The notes beneath the pieces were generated by a model. The model was not told the DNA's origin. It searched no databases and was given only the letters and a program-made list of their open reading frames with translations. Below, piece by piece: positions 48,591 to 56,458 of a stretch of 64,000 bases of DNA. The stretch is taken from the NCBI GenBank assembly GCA_963718875.1, contig OY970378.1, positions 260,396 through 324,395 on the forward strand, in the 5' to 3' direction. The position numbers and the translations under genes were made by a program. Source of the DNA: Candidatus Parcubacteria bacterium (lineage in GTDB: Bacteria > Patescibacteriota > Saccharimonadia > UBA4664 > JBIOIQ01). The stretch's first letter is position 1. Each line of letters begins with the position of its first letter.

Positions 48591-49070
48591 ATGCGAACTC
48601 TGTCAAGTTTGGAGTACAGCGAAGCCAGGCTGCTTCTCGAGTACATCGTCGATCAAGCTGGAGATGCCAAGGTTGCAATCTGCGTAGTGGACGCAACCGG
48701 CAAGCTTTTGGCTGCGGCTTCAATCAACGGCGCCGCCTCTCACTACATGACCTTCGCCCTGGCCAAAGCCATCACCGGTCTTCACGAAGAGGATGACACG
48801 GCTGGTTTCCGCCACGATCAGCCTGACCACAGCAGTTGGGTCCCGAAGGAAGAAGGCCAAGGCTGGTCCGAGGGGGAACTAATTCTTGCCGCGCAGCTCA
48901 GCCCAGGCTTCTGCGGCTGGGCAGGGGGCTCAGTCGTAATAGATCCTTCCGAAGAGCTTCACATCTGTGGCTCCATCGGTGTCAGCGGTTTGATGGAGTT
49001 GGAGGATCAAGAGTTGGCGGACAAGCTGCCTGCCCGATTGGTAGCTTTGATACTTACATCGCTATCGCAG
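48591..49070 (+). CDS. GlcG/HbpS-like DUF336 protein (putative heme/cofactor-binding); listed ORF continues to 49232 by reading through module E, so the true 3' end is uncertain
   Basis: A..DAKVAICVVDATGKLLAAASINGAA...FALAKAITG pattern typical of DUF336. Confidence 0.5.
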
Positions 49071-49073
49071 CAT

Positions 49074-49324
49074 AGCCTCGCCGTTCACCTCCGGGTGGGC
49101 GGCGGGGCCGATTCCCAAGTTAGTTATAAAGTTAACTGGTTTAGGAATCGAAAAAAGCTGGGCTCGACTGGATACGGGCTTGACTACGTCAACCCTGGCT
49201 GCCCGATCGGTCGCAGTGTTCCCTCGGGCTAGTCGAACCGGCAGAAGATCGCCGGTTCGAACATTCGCTAGCGCTCATTAAGAAAAGCCGACAACCACAA
49301 GGGTCATCGGCTTTTCTTGGCGGG
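49074..49324 (+). repeat. tRNA-proximal copy of the composite block (E hairpin, tail (i), 190-bp segment with inverted partial tRNA copy, hairpin) ending in the tRNA-Asp 3' end
   Basis: Duplicate of 43066-43338. Confidence 0.7.
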
Positions 49325-49394
49325 CTCGACCGGATTCGAACCGGCGATCTTCTCCGTGACAGGGAGACATGTTGGGCCTCTACACCACGAGCCC
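49318..49394 (-). tRNA. tRNA-Asp (anticodon GTC), GC-rich
   Basis: Cloverleaf read by hand: acceptor GGGCTCG, anticodon arm TCTCC-CTGTCAC-GGAGA, T-arm GCCGG-TTCGAAT-CCGGT, CCA encoded. Confidence 0.8.
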
Positions 49395-49665
49395 TTGTCG
49401 CTTGTAATCTCGAGCGCGCTTCGGCGGCGACCTTTCCGCCTCGCCTCGCCGTACGTTTCGAGTACGGCTTGTTACGATGCTCAAGGTCTTCTTGAATCGC
49501 ATCTCTATATTCTAAGCTTCCGTTGTACAAAATGCCGCGGACGTGCCAGCAAATTAACTGCTCAATCTTAGCAGAGTCGGCAGGGTAGTTCAACTTAGCC
49601 TAGAGTGGTAATGTTTGTTAGTGGTATAATAAAACACAATAATTGTAGAAAGAGCGTAATACACA

Positions 49666-49974
49666 ATGGCAAATCAGGGTTCAAAGCAGAGTTTAGATGG
49701 TATTGTCCGGACTAAGCCAGCAAATCAAGGGGTCGTAAGGGCTAAGCCAGTGGAGCCTATCGCGCCGCCACCGCCTAAACCTCCCAGATTACAGCCAAGG
49801 CCGGTAGTGGCCGAACCACCTCAGCCCGTTCTAGCGGAGTCGTCTCGGCCAGCAGAGGAGGAAGTGGTTAAAAAAAGCCGATTTCGTAAAATCATTAAAA
49901 CTGTAGTGGTTTTGTTGGTGCTAGCGACTTTTGGATTTGGAATTTGGTGGGTGTATTTGTCATATTTTGCATAA
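49666..49974 (+). CDS. Small Pro-rich protein with C-terminal TM anchor
   Basis: ORF with plausible RBS-less ATG; low-GC. Confidence 0.35.
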   Translation: MANQGSKQSLDGIVRTKPANQGVVRAKPVEPIAPPPPKPPRLQPRPVVAEPPQPVLAESSRPAEEEVVKKSRFRKIIKTVVVLLVLATFGFGIWWVYLSYFA

Positions 49975-50254
49975 CCAAAACTGACATAATTAACATGAGC
50001 ATTGTTTGTAGGAAGATCTAATGTTTTGAGGTTTAACCTGAGTGATACTAAACATGTATTAACGAGGGGTAAAATGGTGAGCAATTCACGAGGGAGCAAA
50101 GTAAAATCAAGAAATCAAAAGCTTGAAGGCGATGTGTTTTGGATGAACCTAGAGGAGGCCAAGCAGGCTATTGCCGACAAGTACGAATACTTGGGTGACA
50201 GATATGAAGTTAAAACGCCCAAAAAGCCTATTTAAGACTATCAAAATAACAAAA

Positions 50255-50287
50255 AAGACCGGGCTTAGCTCCTGGTCTTTTTTTGTT
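50255..50287. terminator. Rho-independent terminator AAAAAAGACCGGGCTTAGCTCCTGGTCTTTTTTTG
   Basis: Hairpin plus T-run. Confidence 0.6.
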
Positions 50288-50297
50288 GAATAAATCC

Positions 50298-50373
50298 TGG
50301 AGCCACCTATCGGATTTGAACCGATGACCTTTGCTTTACGAAAGCACTGCTCTACCAACTGAGCTAAGGTGGC
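50298..50373 (-). tRNA. tRNA-Thr (anticodon CGT)
   Basis: Acceptor GCCACCT/AGGTGGC, D-arm GCTCAGTTGGTAGAGC, anticodon loop TTCGTAA, T-arm ATCGG-TTCAAAT-CCGAT, CCA encoded. Confidence 0.75.
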
Positions 50374-50630
50374 TCGTCGAAAACGCATTTCAGACTACAT
50401 AATGTGCCCAAAGCATATTATTCCGCCTTGCACGCGTTTCCTCCTCTAAACAAGTCAAACGGCCGGGCGGCCTGATTTGACTTGTTTTTGGACGCATTAC
50501 TAGAATTTACGAAGAGAAGGCTATATTAGCATATCAAGCTCATGTAAGTAACGCCACAAAGAGAAGCGCCCCTCGAAAGTCCCGGCAAGAGGATTTTCGA
50601 GGGGCGAGGGGACGGGTTGGGCGGTGCTTG

Positions 50631-50984
50631 TCAGCCGCGGGGGCAGTTGGGTGTGTTGGCGGGGCTATTGCTCCAATTCCGGTAGTCGGGACTGGCCGGT
50701 TGGCCGGCAGCGGCCAGGGCGCGGTTGATGGCGGCCTGGACCAGAGCGTAGAAGCGGAGGCTGGCTTCGAACGCAGGCTGGTTGGTGCCCTCGAGGTTGC
50801 AGGTGCTTGCCACGATGGTTTGCTCGAGAGAGTAGGCCCCGGCAAACCCGGACGGGGCCACGATGGGGGCGGGAGGACCGCCATTGGGATCGCCACCAGC
50901 CCAGGCGGGCGTGCCCAGCGAGAGGACGGCAGTGACAGTGATGGCTGTGGCGGCGATGAAACCGCGGATCAGAGAACGCCTCAT
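50631..50984 (-). CDS. Small secreted protein on a GC-rich island
   Basis: Signal peptide MRRSLIRGFIAATAITVTAVLSLGTPAWA; GC-rich; hairpin CCCCTCGAAA...TTTCGAGGGG at 3' end. Confidence 0.45.
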   Translation of the reverse strand: MRRSLIRGFIAATAITVTAVLSLGTPAWAGGDPNGGPPAPIVAPSGFAGAYSLEQTIVASTCNLEGTNQPAFEASLRFYALVQAAINRALAAAGQPASPDYRNWSNSPANTPNCPRG

Positions 50985-51194
50985 GGAAGGTACCTTTCGG
51001 TCGGCGTCACATTGTTGTGACGTTTGTTATACCCAGCAGGTTACCAAAAGTTTCAATAATTATCTAAGTTGAGCGTAAAACCTATCAGGTTGTGGTGCGG
51101 AAGTAAGTAAAAAACTTAGAGACTCGTCTCCTGGAGGCAGGCTTGTTCGACGGAAATATTTAACCACAACTGGTATTATTAAGTTTGAAACTTT

Positions 51195-51749
51195 TTGGCT
51201 GGACATGGATATAAAGGGTGTATGGACGAACTAGAGACTATAAAACGCGTTAAGGGTGGGGACGATGCAAGCTACGCTGAGCTTATTGAAGCCTACCAGC
51301 GCGGGCTGATTCGTTACTGCTATACCATAACTAAGGATATTGATGTGGCCGAAGACATAGCTCAGGAGGCATTCATAAAAGCCTACGAACAGATAGAAAA
51401 GTATGATCCTAAGTACAAGTTTTCAACTTGGTTATACAAAATTGCTCATAATGGGGCTCTCAAAAGCTTGCGCAAGGCTCCAGTCCTGCCATTCGATGAA
51501 GAGGTAGAGATCCCGTTTGAAGACCAAACGCAGGATAAAATTGATATTGAGGTCAGAGAGTCAACGGTTCGGGAAGCTGTCTCCTCTTTGCCCCAGCATT
51601 ATCAGATGGCCGTTAATTTGCACTACTGGGAGGACAAAGATTATACGGAAATAGCTGAAATTATGAGTGTGCCCGCTACAACCATTAAGACCTGGCTGTA
51701 TCGGGCAAGGTTGGCTGTAAAGGAGAAGTGCTATGAGCTCGCTCGATAA
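51195..51749 (+). CDS. ECF-type sigma-70 family RNA polymerase sigma factor
   Basis: Region 2 (YLIRYCY.., DIAQEAFIKAY) and region 4 HTH (TEIAEIMSVPATTIKTWLYRAR). Confidence 0.75.
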   Translation: MAGHGYKGCMDELETIKRVKGGDDASYAELIEAYQRGLIRYCYTITKDIDVAEDIAQEAFIKAYEQIEKYDPKYKFSTWLYKIAHNGALKSLRKAPVLPFDEEVEIPFEDQTQDKIDIEVRESTVREAVSSLPQHYQMAVNLHYWEDKDYTEIAEIMSVPATTIKTWLYRARLAVKEKCYELAR

Positions 51750-53166
51750 GATGTTAAGTAAATCTGCTCCAGATAGCTTGCGCCAAACGTCGCTGGTAAA
51801 CCCGGTTATGGCAAAAATCAAACAGCGCAAAGCTCGGGCCAAATTAGTAAATCGTGCTTTAGTGGGTTGTCTGGTAATCGGACTACTGGCATTGCTGGCT
51901 GCGCTCATAAAAGGCAACACTTTTGACGTAGTCAATTTAGCTGTACACAAAGTTAGTTCATTACAAGCTCATCCTGGCCTTTATGCTCGGGCTTTACTCG
52001 AGACTTTGCCGTGGCCATTGATAGGTACGGTTGCCGGAATTGCATTGTTGGCACGCATTATGCAGCGGAACAAAGTTGCCATTACTCGTCATGCAACGGC
52101 TGCCATGAGCGTCGCTGCCGGAGCCATGCTAGTAACCGCCAGCGCCTCGGCAGCCACCATTGTGACGACCGACAGTCAACCTGGTCCGGTACAACAGCAG
52201 TTGGAGCGCACGGTCAACGGAATTGGTAAGCAACAGGTTACCATTAACGGCCACACTTACGATTTTAGTCCTGGTTTGACCGATGAGCAGATTCTCGGTC
52301 AGGTAGAAATGGCCGAGTTTGCTCGGCTTAATAAAGAGCTCAATGTGGCTACAGGTGGATCAGATGGCGGAACTTTAGGGTGTATGTGCAAAGTAACGGC
52401 TATATCACCGACATCAATCAGTTTTGGCCCATACATTGATACTCCTGGAACGCTGCCGTTTAATCCCGATACCTATACTCTTACGGGCCAAACTATCTAT
52501 CTGGTCGGCGCAACCAAGGTACCTAAATATGAGCTTTTGGTAGGGGATTTGGTGGTGGTTGCTCCAAATGTGGACCTGAAGACAGCAGCTTATGTGGCAA
52601 AGCTCGACCTGTCCTACGATGCATATTTCTATGCCGGTGGTTTTTCCACGGTGGCGGCGGCACATCGCAGCGATGGTAAGTGTTACAACAATGAGGCGGA
52701 TAAATGCCCCAATATTCCGGCTGTTCAAGAGTTATTTAACACGGCTCAGTATGACATTCTGCCTGATGACGCAGTTGTAAGAGAGGTGTTTGGGCAGATG
52801 ATTAGCTTTGATGCTGATAATGTAAAGGTTAAAACTAGCTCGGGAGCAGTGTGGACGTTTAGCGCCGGCGATTCCATCACTGCTCATAATCAGGCTGGTT
52901 ACACTTCCATCTACTCGAACAAACCAAACCGTGATTTTCAGATTAAACCAGGAGATTATTTGAGAATTGAGTTTTGGCAGCATAAAAAAGATTTGGCCAA
53001 ACGGGAGGTTATTAGCCAGGCTTTTAAAGGTACGAATGGTGAGGCGCGCGAGTTAGCTTTGCAGGGTAAGCTAGATCTGCATCCAGAGACATACATACGC
53101 GCGGTGCAAGTAGCTCTACAGAAGCCCTGGAACTATGAAGGTATCCCGCTTAAATTTAAGCCCTAA
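51733..53166 (+). CDS. Membrane-anchored protein downstream of and overlapping ECF sigma (candidate anti-sigma factor with large extracytoplasmic domain)
   Basis: 17-bp overlap with sigma gene; single TM about residue 45. Confidence 0.4.
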   Translation: MSSLDKMLSKSAPDSLRQTSLVNPVMAKIKQRKARAKLVNRALVGCLVIGLLALLAALIKGNTFDVVNLAVHKVSSLQAHPGLYARALLETLPWPLIGTVAGIALLARIMQRNKVAITRHATAAMSVAAGAMLVTASASAATIVTTDSQPGPVQQQLERTVNGIGKQQVTINGHTYDFSPGLTDEQILGQVEMAEFARLNKELNVATGGSDGGTLGCMCKVTAISPTSISFGPYIDTPGTLPFNPDTYTLTGQTIYLVGATKVPKYELLVGDLVVVAPNVDLKTAAYVAKLDLSYDAYFYAGGFSTVAAAHRSDGKCYNNEADKCPNIPAVQELFNTAQYDILPDDAVVREVFGQMISFDADNVKVKTSSGAVWTFSAGDSITAHNQAGYTSIYSNKPNRDFQIKPGDYLRIEFWQHKKDLAKREVISQAFKGTNGEARELALQGKLDLHPETYIRAVQVALQKPWNYEGIPLKFKP

Positions 53167-53178
53167 TATAAGGAGAAT

Positions 53179-53940
53179 ATGATGAAAAAAAGATTCAAAT
53201 CTCAACATGGAAGTTTGTTAATCGAGGTCGCATTAGCGCTGATAGTTTTAGGAGCAATTGGAGGAGCCATTTACACTTCCCAGCAAGCTAAAAGGAGCCA
53301 AGTAGCGGTAAAATCGTCCACAACTGAGTCTGAATCCTCGGCTGCAACTGAATATAAGGGGTGGAAAAGCTATACGTCACGCGATGAAGGCCTAACGTTT
53401 AAATATCCGTCTGATTGGCGGATAGAAGTAACTAGCGATGGGCTCTACGATAAGGCAATCTTAACTAGCCCCAATGGTATGGCTCTGCGCTACATGGCGG
53501 ATGTTTCCGGGCTTGGCGGTGGGTGCATGTCGCCCGAATGTCCAGATGTAGCAACTTATAAGCTGGAAAAGATAGCCGATACAAATTCTCCTACAGACTT
53601 ATATTATGTTGAAGGCAGCATTAAGAGTAATGCTAACGGAGATAAACTTAAAAACTTGTATGTACCTCGTATGGGTATCATAAGCAAAACCGAGGGGACT
53701 GAATTGCCAAAAATCGGAGAAGAGCTTGATAGATACCCTTACTATATTTTTGCGCAGAAAAGGAAAAAGCCCACAGGCGAGTTTAAAAGTAACCTGTTTG
53801 GATTGTTTTTCGAAATATATCCTACTCAAGAATCAGATGCGTTGAAGTGGGGATTTGATTCCAAGGCCAAAGTTCAACAGTTCCTCAACTCCAAAGACGC
53901 ACAGACAGCCAAATTAATTTTTAAATCGACCAAGTACTAA
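53179..53940 (+). CDS. Type IV pilin-like protein (prepilin-type leader G|SLLIEV)
   Basis: MMKKRFKSQHG|SLLIEVALALIVL with Glu +5. Confidence 0.5.
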   Translation: MMKKRFKSQHGSLLIEVALALIVLGAIGGAIYTSQQAKRSQVAVKSSTTESESSAATEYKGWKSYTSRDEGLTFKYPSDWRIEVTSDGLYDKAILTSPNGMALRYMADVSGLGGGCMSPECPDVATYKLEKIADTNSPTDLYYVEGSIKSNANGDKLKNLYVPRMGIISKTEGTELPKIGEELDRYPYYIFAQKRKKPTGEFKSNLFGLFFEIYPTQESDALKWGFDSKAKVQQFLNSKDAQTAKLIFKSTKY

Positions 53941-54016
53941 GTGACTGATTCGCAACCGGCGTTACTTCAATAGCATCACTATGACAAGAGAACAGTCCCA
54001 GGTAATTTGAGGCTGT

Positions 54017-54041
54017 TTTCTTGGAGCGAGTGACGGGAATG
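54017..54041 (+). repeat. 25-bp duplicate of the tRNA-Gly 3' end (TTTTCTTGGAGCGAGTGACGGGAAT), an att-like direct repeat
   Basis: Identical to 54183-54207 inside and abutting the tRNA. Confidence 0.65.
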
Positions 54042-54187
54042 TGTCTGGCGCCACCTCCCTGTGGTGCTCGGTATGATCTCAAGCAAGCTTGGCTCAACCT
54101 GCGCTCCTCGTCCATCGGACCTAAAGGTCCGCTTCCCGCACCCAGCTTAGCAAGAAAATACCCCGAGACTAGCTCAGGGTATTTTCT

Positions 54188-54263
54188 TGGAGCGAGTGAC
54201 GGGAATCGAACCCGTGACTCGACCTTGGGAAGGTCGCATTTTACCCCTAAACTACACTCGCGC
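54188..54263 (-). tRNA. tRNA-Gly (anticodon CCC)
   Basis: Acceptor GCGCGAG, D-loop TAGTTTAGGGGTA, anticodon arm CGACC-TTCCCAA-GGTCG, T-arm ACGGG-TTCGATT-CCCGT, CCA. Confidence 0.75.
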
Positions 54264-54334
54264 GCGCGATTGCTATCATACTGCACCATACTGGTTCGCA
54301 GCAATGGTTAAGGCCAGCTTTTACTGGTATAATC

Positions 54335-54742
54335 GTGCTTATGAATCGGCTTAGTCCCGGATCGATAAAAACTCAGTTGAGCGCTACCATGAACGAAATT
54401 CGCGGGTTGCGCTTTTTTCAAGATCATCTATCTTTGGCGTTGTTGTTACCTGCAATTGGGTTTAATATAACGGCTTTTATTGTGATGTTGGTACGAGTAC
54501 ACCCCACAAACTTTTTGGTACCCATACATTACTCTAATCTGGGTGGTTTTGATCAGCTGGGGCCATGGTATGCACCTTACCGCATAGCAGTATTTGGCCT
54601 AGTGGTTACTGTTTCAAATTCGGTATTAGCAGCGTACAGTTTTAGCCGTAGTCGGATTGTCAGCTTTTATTTATTAATCGGAGCATTTGTAGTGTCTTTG
54701 TTTTGTTTAATTATCGGCACTGCATTTGCGGTAGTAGTTTAG
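54335..54742 (+). CDS. Small membrane protein
   Basis: 3-4 TM. Confidence 0.4.
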   Translation: MLMNRLSPGSIKTQLSATMNEIRGLRFFQDHLSLALLLPAIGFNITAFIVMLVRVHPTNFLVPIHYSNLGGFDQLGPWYAPYRIAVFGLVVTVSNSVLAAYSFSRSRIVSFYLLIGAFVVSLFCLIIGTAFAVVV

Positions 54743-54750
54743 GCGCTACC

Positions 54751-56439
54751 ATGGAAACATCTATTAAGCTGCATTTTGTAGATAGGCCATCAGTGGTGAG
54801 ATTTTTAGAAATTTTCCCGGGTTTGGTGTCGTGGCTTTTTTTATTGACACCGATTCTTTTGAGTTTGACACACCCGGTAATAGTAGCCTATTTCATCATT
54901 GCCTTTGACCTGTTTTGGCTTACTAAGTCATTGCGTTTAAGTTTTTACCTGGTGAGGGGTTACCGCAGATTGCATAAAAACCAAAAGGTAGACTGGGAAT
55001 CTAAGCTTCAAATATTGGAACATCTAGATCAAGCTTTGCTTGATACGGAAGCTAAGATTGATAAATTAGTACAAAAGTATCCCTCTATTATTAAAAGATG
55101 GTTTCGATCACCAAAAGCGGCTTTAAAGCGACCTCACTATCAGGCTTTGGTGCTTGAACTAAAAGATTTACAAGACTTATTAGATAGGCGAACAACGATT
55201 ATTAATCCCAAGGATTTGATAAACGTTGTAATAATTGCAACATATAATGAGAGTTTAAAAATTCTTCAACCTACAATTGAAGCAGTATTAAACACAAACT
55301 ACAGTAGCAAGCAGATCTGGCTGGTAATTGCATATGAGCAAAGGGGTGGTGATGAGATTGCCAAGAATGCTCATAAGTTAGTTGGGCAGTATAGTCAGCA
55401 GTTTGGTAAAGCTATGGCTATCGAACATCCTGATAATGTAGCAGGAGAATTTAAGGGAAAAGGGGCCAATATAACTTATGCTGGTAGGGAAGTGGCTAAA
55501 ATTGTTTTTGAACAAAAAATTGATCCGGAAAACGTTATTGTAACCACGCTCGATTCCGATAACCGTCCAGGTAGGGATTACTTTGCTAGTTTAAGTTATA
55601 TTTACGCTACCAATGTTAATCGAATCCGCAAATCATACCAACCGATTGCCATGTTTCTTAACAATATTTGGGATGCTCCGGCTCCTATGAGGGTTATTGC
55701 TACCGGAAATTCTTTTTGGAACATTGTGGAGTCGGTGCGGCCTCATCGCTTGCGTAATTTTGCGGCTCAGTCGCAAGGTCTGCAAACTTTACTTGATACA
55801 GATTTTTGGAGTGTTACGAGCATAGTTGAAGATGGCCACCAGTATTGGAGGACCTATTTTACCTATGATGGCGATCACCAAGTGGTGCCTTTGCCGACTC
55901 CGGTATATCAAGATGCAGTGCTGGCTGACGGTTATTTAAGAACCTTCAAGGTCCAGTATTTGCAGTTGCGCAGATGGGCTTCGGGTGTAACCGACTTTCC
56001 TTATGTGGTTCGGAATTCGATTAAAAATAACCGGATTCCGTGGTCTGACAAGCTGCTGCAAATTGGCCGCTTATTTGAAGGTCATTTTAGCTGGGCTACA
56101 GCGCCGCTTATTATTACATTCGTGGCCTGGTTGCCATTGTTTTTAAACCGGGGCTTTTCGGAATCGGTCTTGGCTCATGAACTGCCTATTATTGCTGGGT
56201 GGATTATGACGATTGCCTTGATTGGATTGTTTGTAACTATTTGGATAAGTATTATCTCGCTACCCCCCAAACCGGTTCGTTATCGCAGGACGAGGGCATT
56301 GGGGATGCTGGCTCAGTGGTTGTTGATGCCAGTAACAACCATTATTTTTAGTGCCACGGCAGCTTTAGACGCTCAGACTAGGATGATGATAGGGAAGTCG
56401 CTAGCGTTTGAGGTAACGGAAAAGGCTACTAAGGAATGA
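54751..56439 (+). CDS. Processive family-2 glycosyltransferase (cellulose/chitin/PNAG-synthase-like) with TM domains
   Basis: IIATYNE, LDSDN (DxD), QLRRW (QxxRW). Confidence 0.65.
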   Translation: METSIKLHFVDRPSVVRFLEIFPGLVSWLFLLTPILLSLTHPVIVAYFIIAFDLFWLTKSLRLSFYLVRGYRRLHKNQKVDWESKLQILEHLDQALLDTEAKIDKLVQKYPSIIKRWFRSPKAALKRPHYQALVLELKDLQDLLDRRTTIINPKDLINVVIIATYNESLKILQPTIEAVLNTNYSSKQIWLVIAYEQRGGDEIAKNAHKLVGQYSQQFGKAMAIEHPDNVAGEFKGKGANITYAGREVAKIVFEQKIDPENVIVTTLDSDNRPGRDYFASLSYIYATNVNRIRKSYQPIAMFLNNIWDAPAPMRVIATGNSFWNIVESVRPHRLRNFAAQSQGLQTLLDTDFWSVTSIVEDGHQYWRTYFTYDGDHQVVPLPTPVYQDAVLADGYLRTFKVQYLQLRRWASGVTDFPYVVRNSIKNNRIPWSDKLLQIGRLFEGHFSWATAPLIITFVAWLPLFLNRGFSESVLAHELPIIAGWIMTIALIGLFVTIWISIISLPPKPVRYRRTRALGMLAQWLLMPVTTIIFSATAALDAQTRMMIGKSLAFEVTEKATKE

Positions 56440-56458
56440 TTGGTGTTGGGCTAATATC

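Noticed and set aside
30849-49394. Classical class-1-type integron (attC sites with RYYYAAC / GTTRRRY core sites and an intI)
   Set aside because: The A repeat and its flanks do not contain recognisable R'' and R' core sites in either orientation (closest are GTTAATA and ATTAAC). Cassettes are in both orientations with their own promoters. No intI-like gene is present. The repeat instead aligns to a tRNA 3' end. The label integron-like is kept only as an analogy.
30849-49394. Prophage or ICE
   Set aside because: No terminase, capsid, portal, tail, relaxase, T4SS or integrase genes. Units are 0.4-2.5 kb each and separately bounded by repeats.
49317-49571. ORF 49317..49571 (+), 84 aa
   Set aside because: It overlaps the tRNA-Asp gene and its GC-rich downstream hairpin on the opposite strand; it is an artefact of GC-rich DNA.
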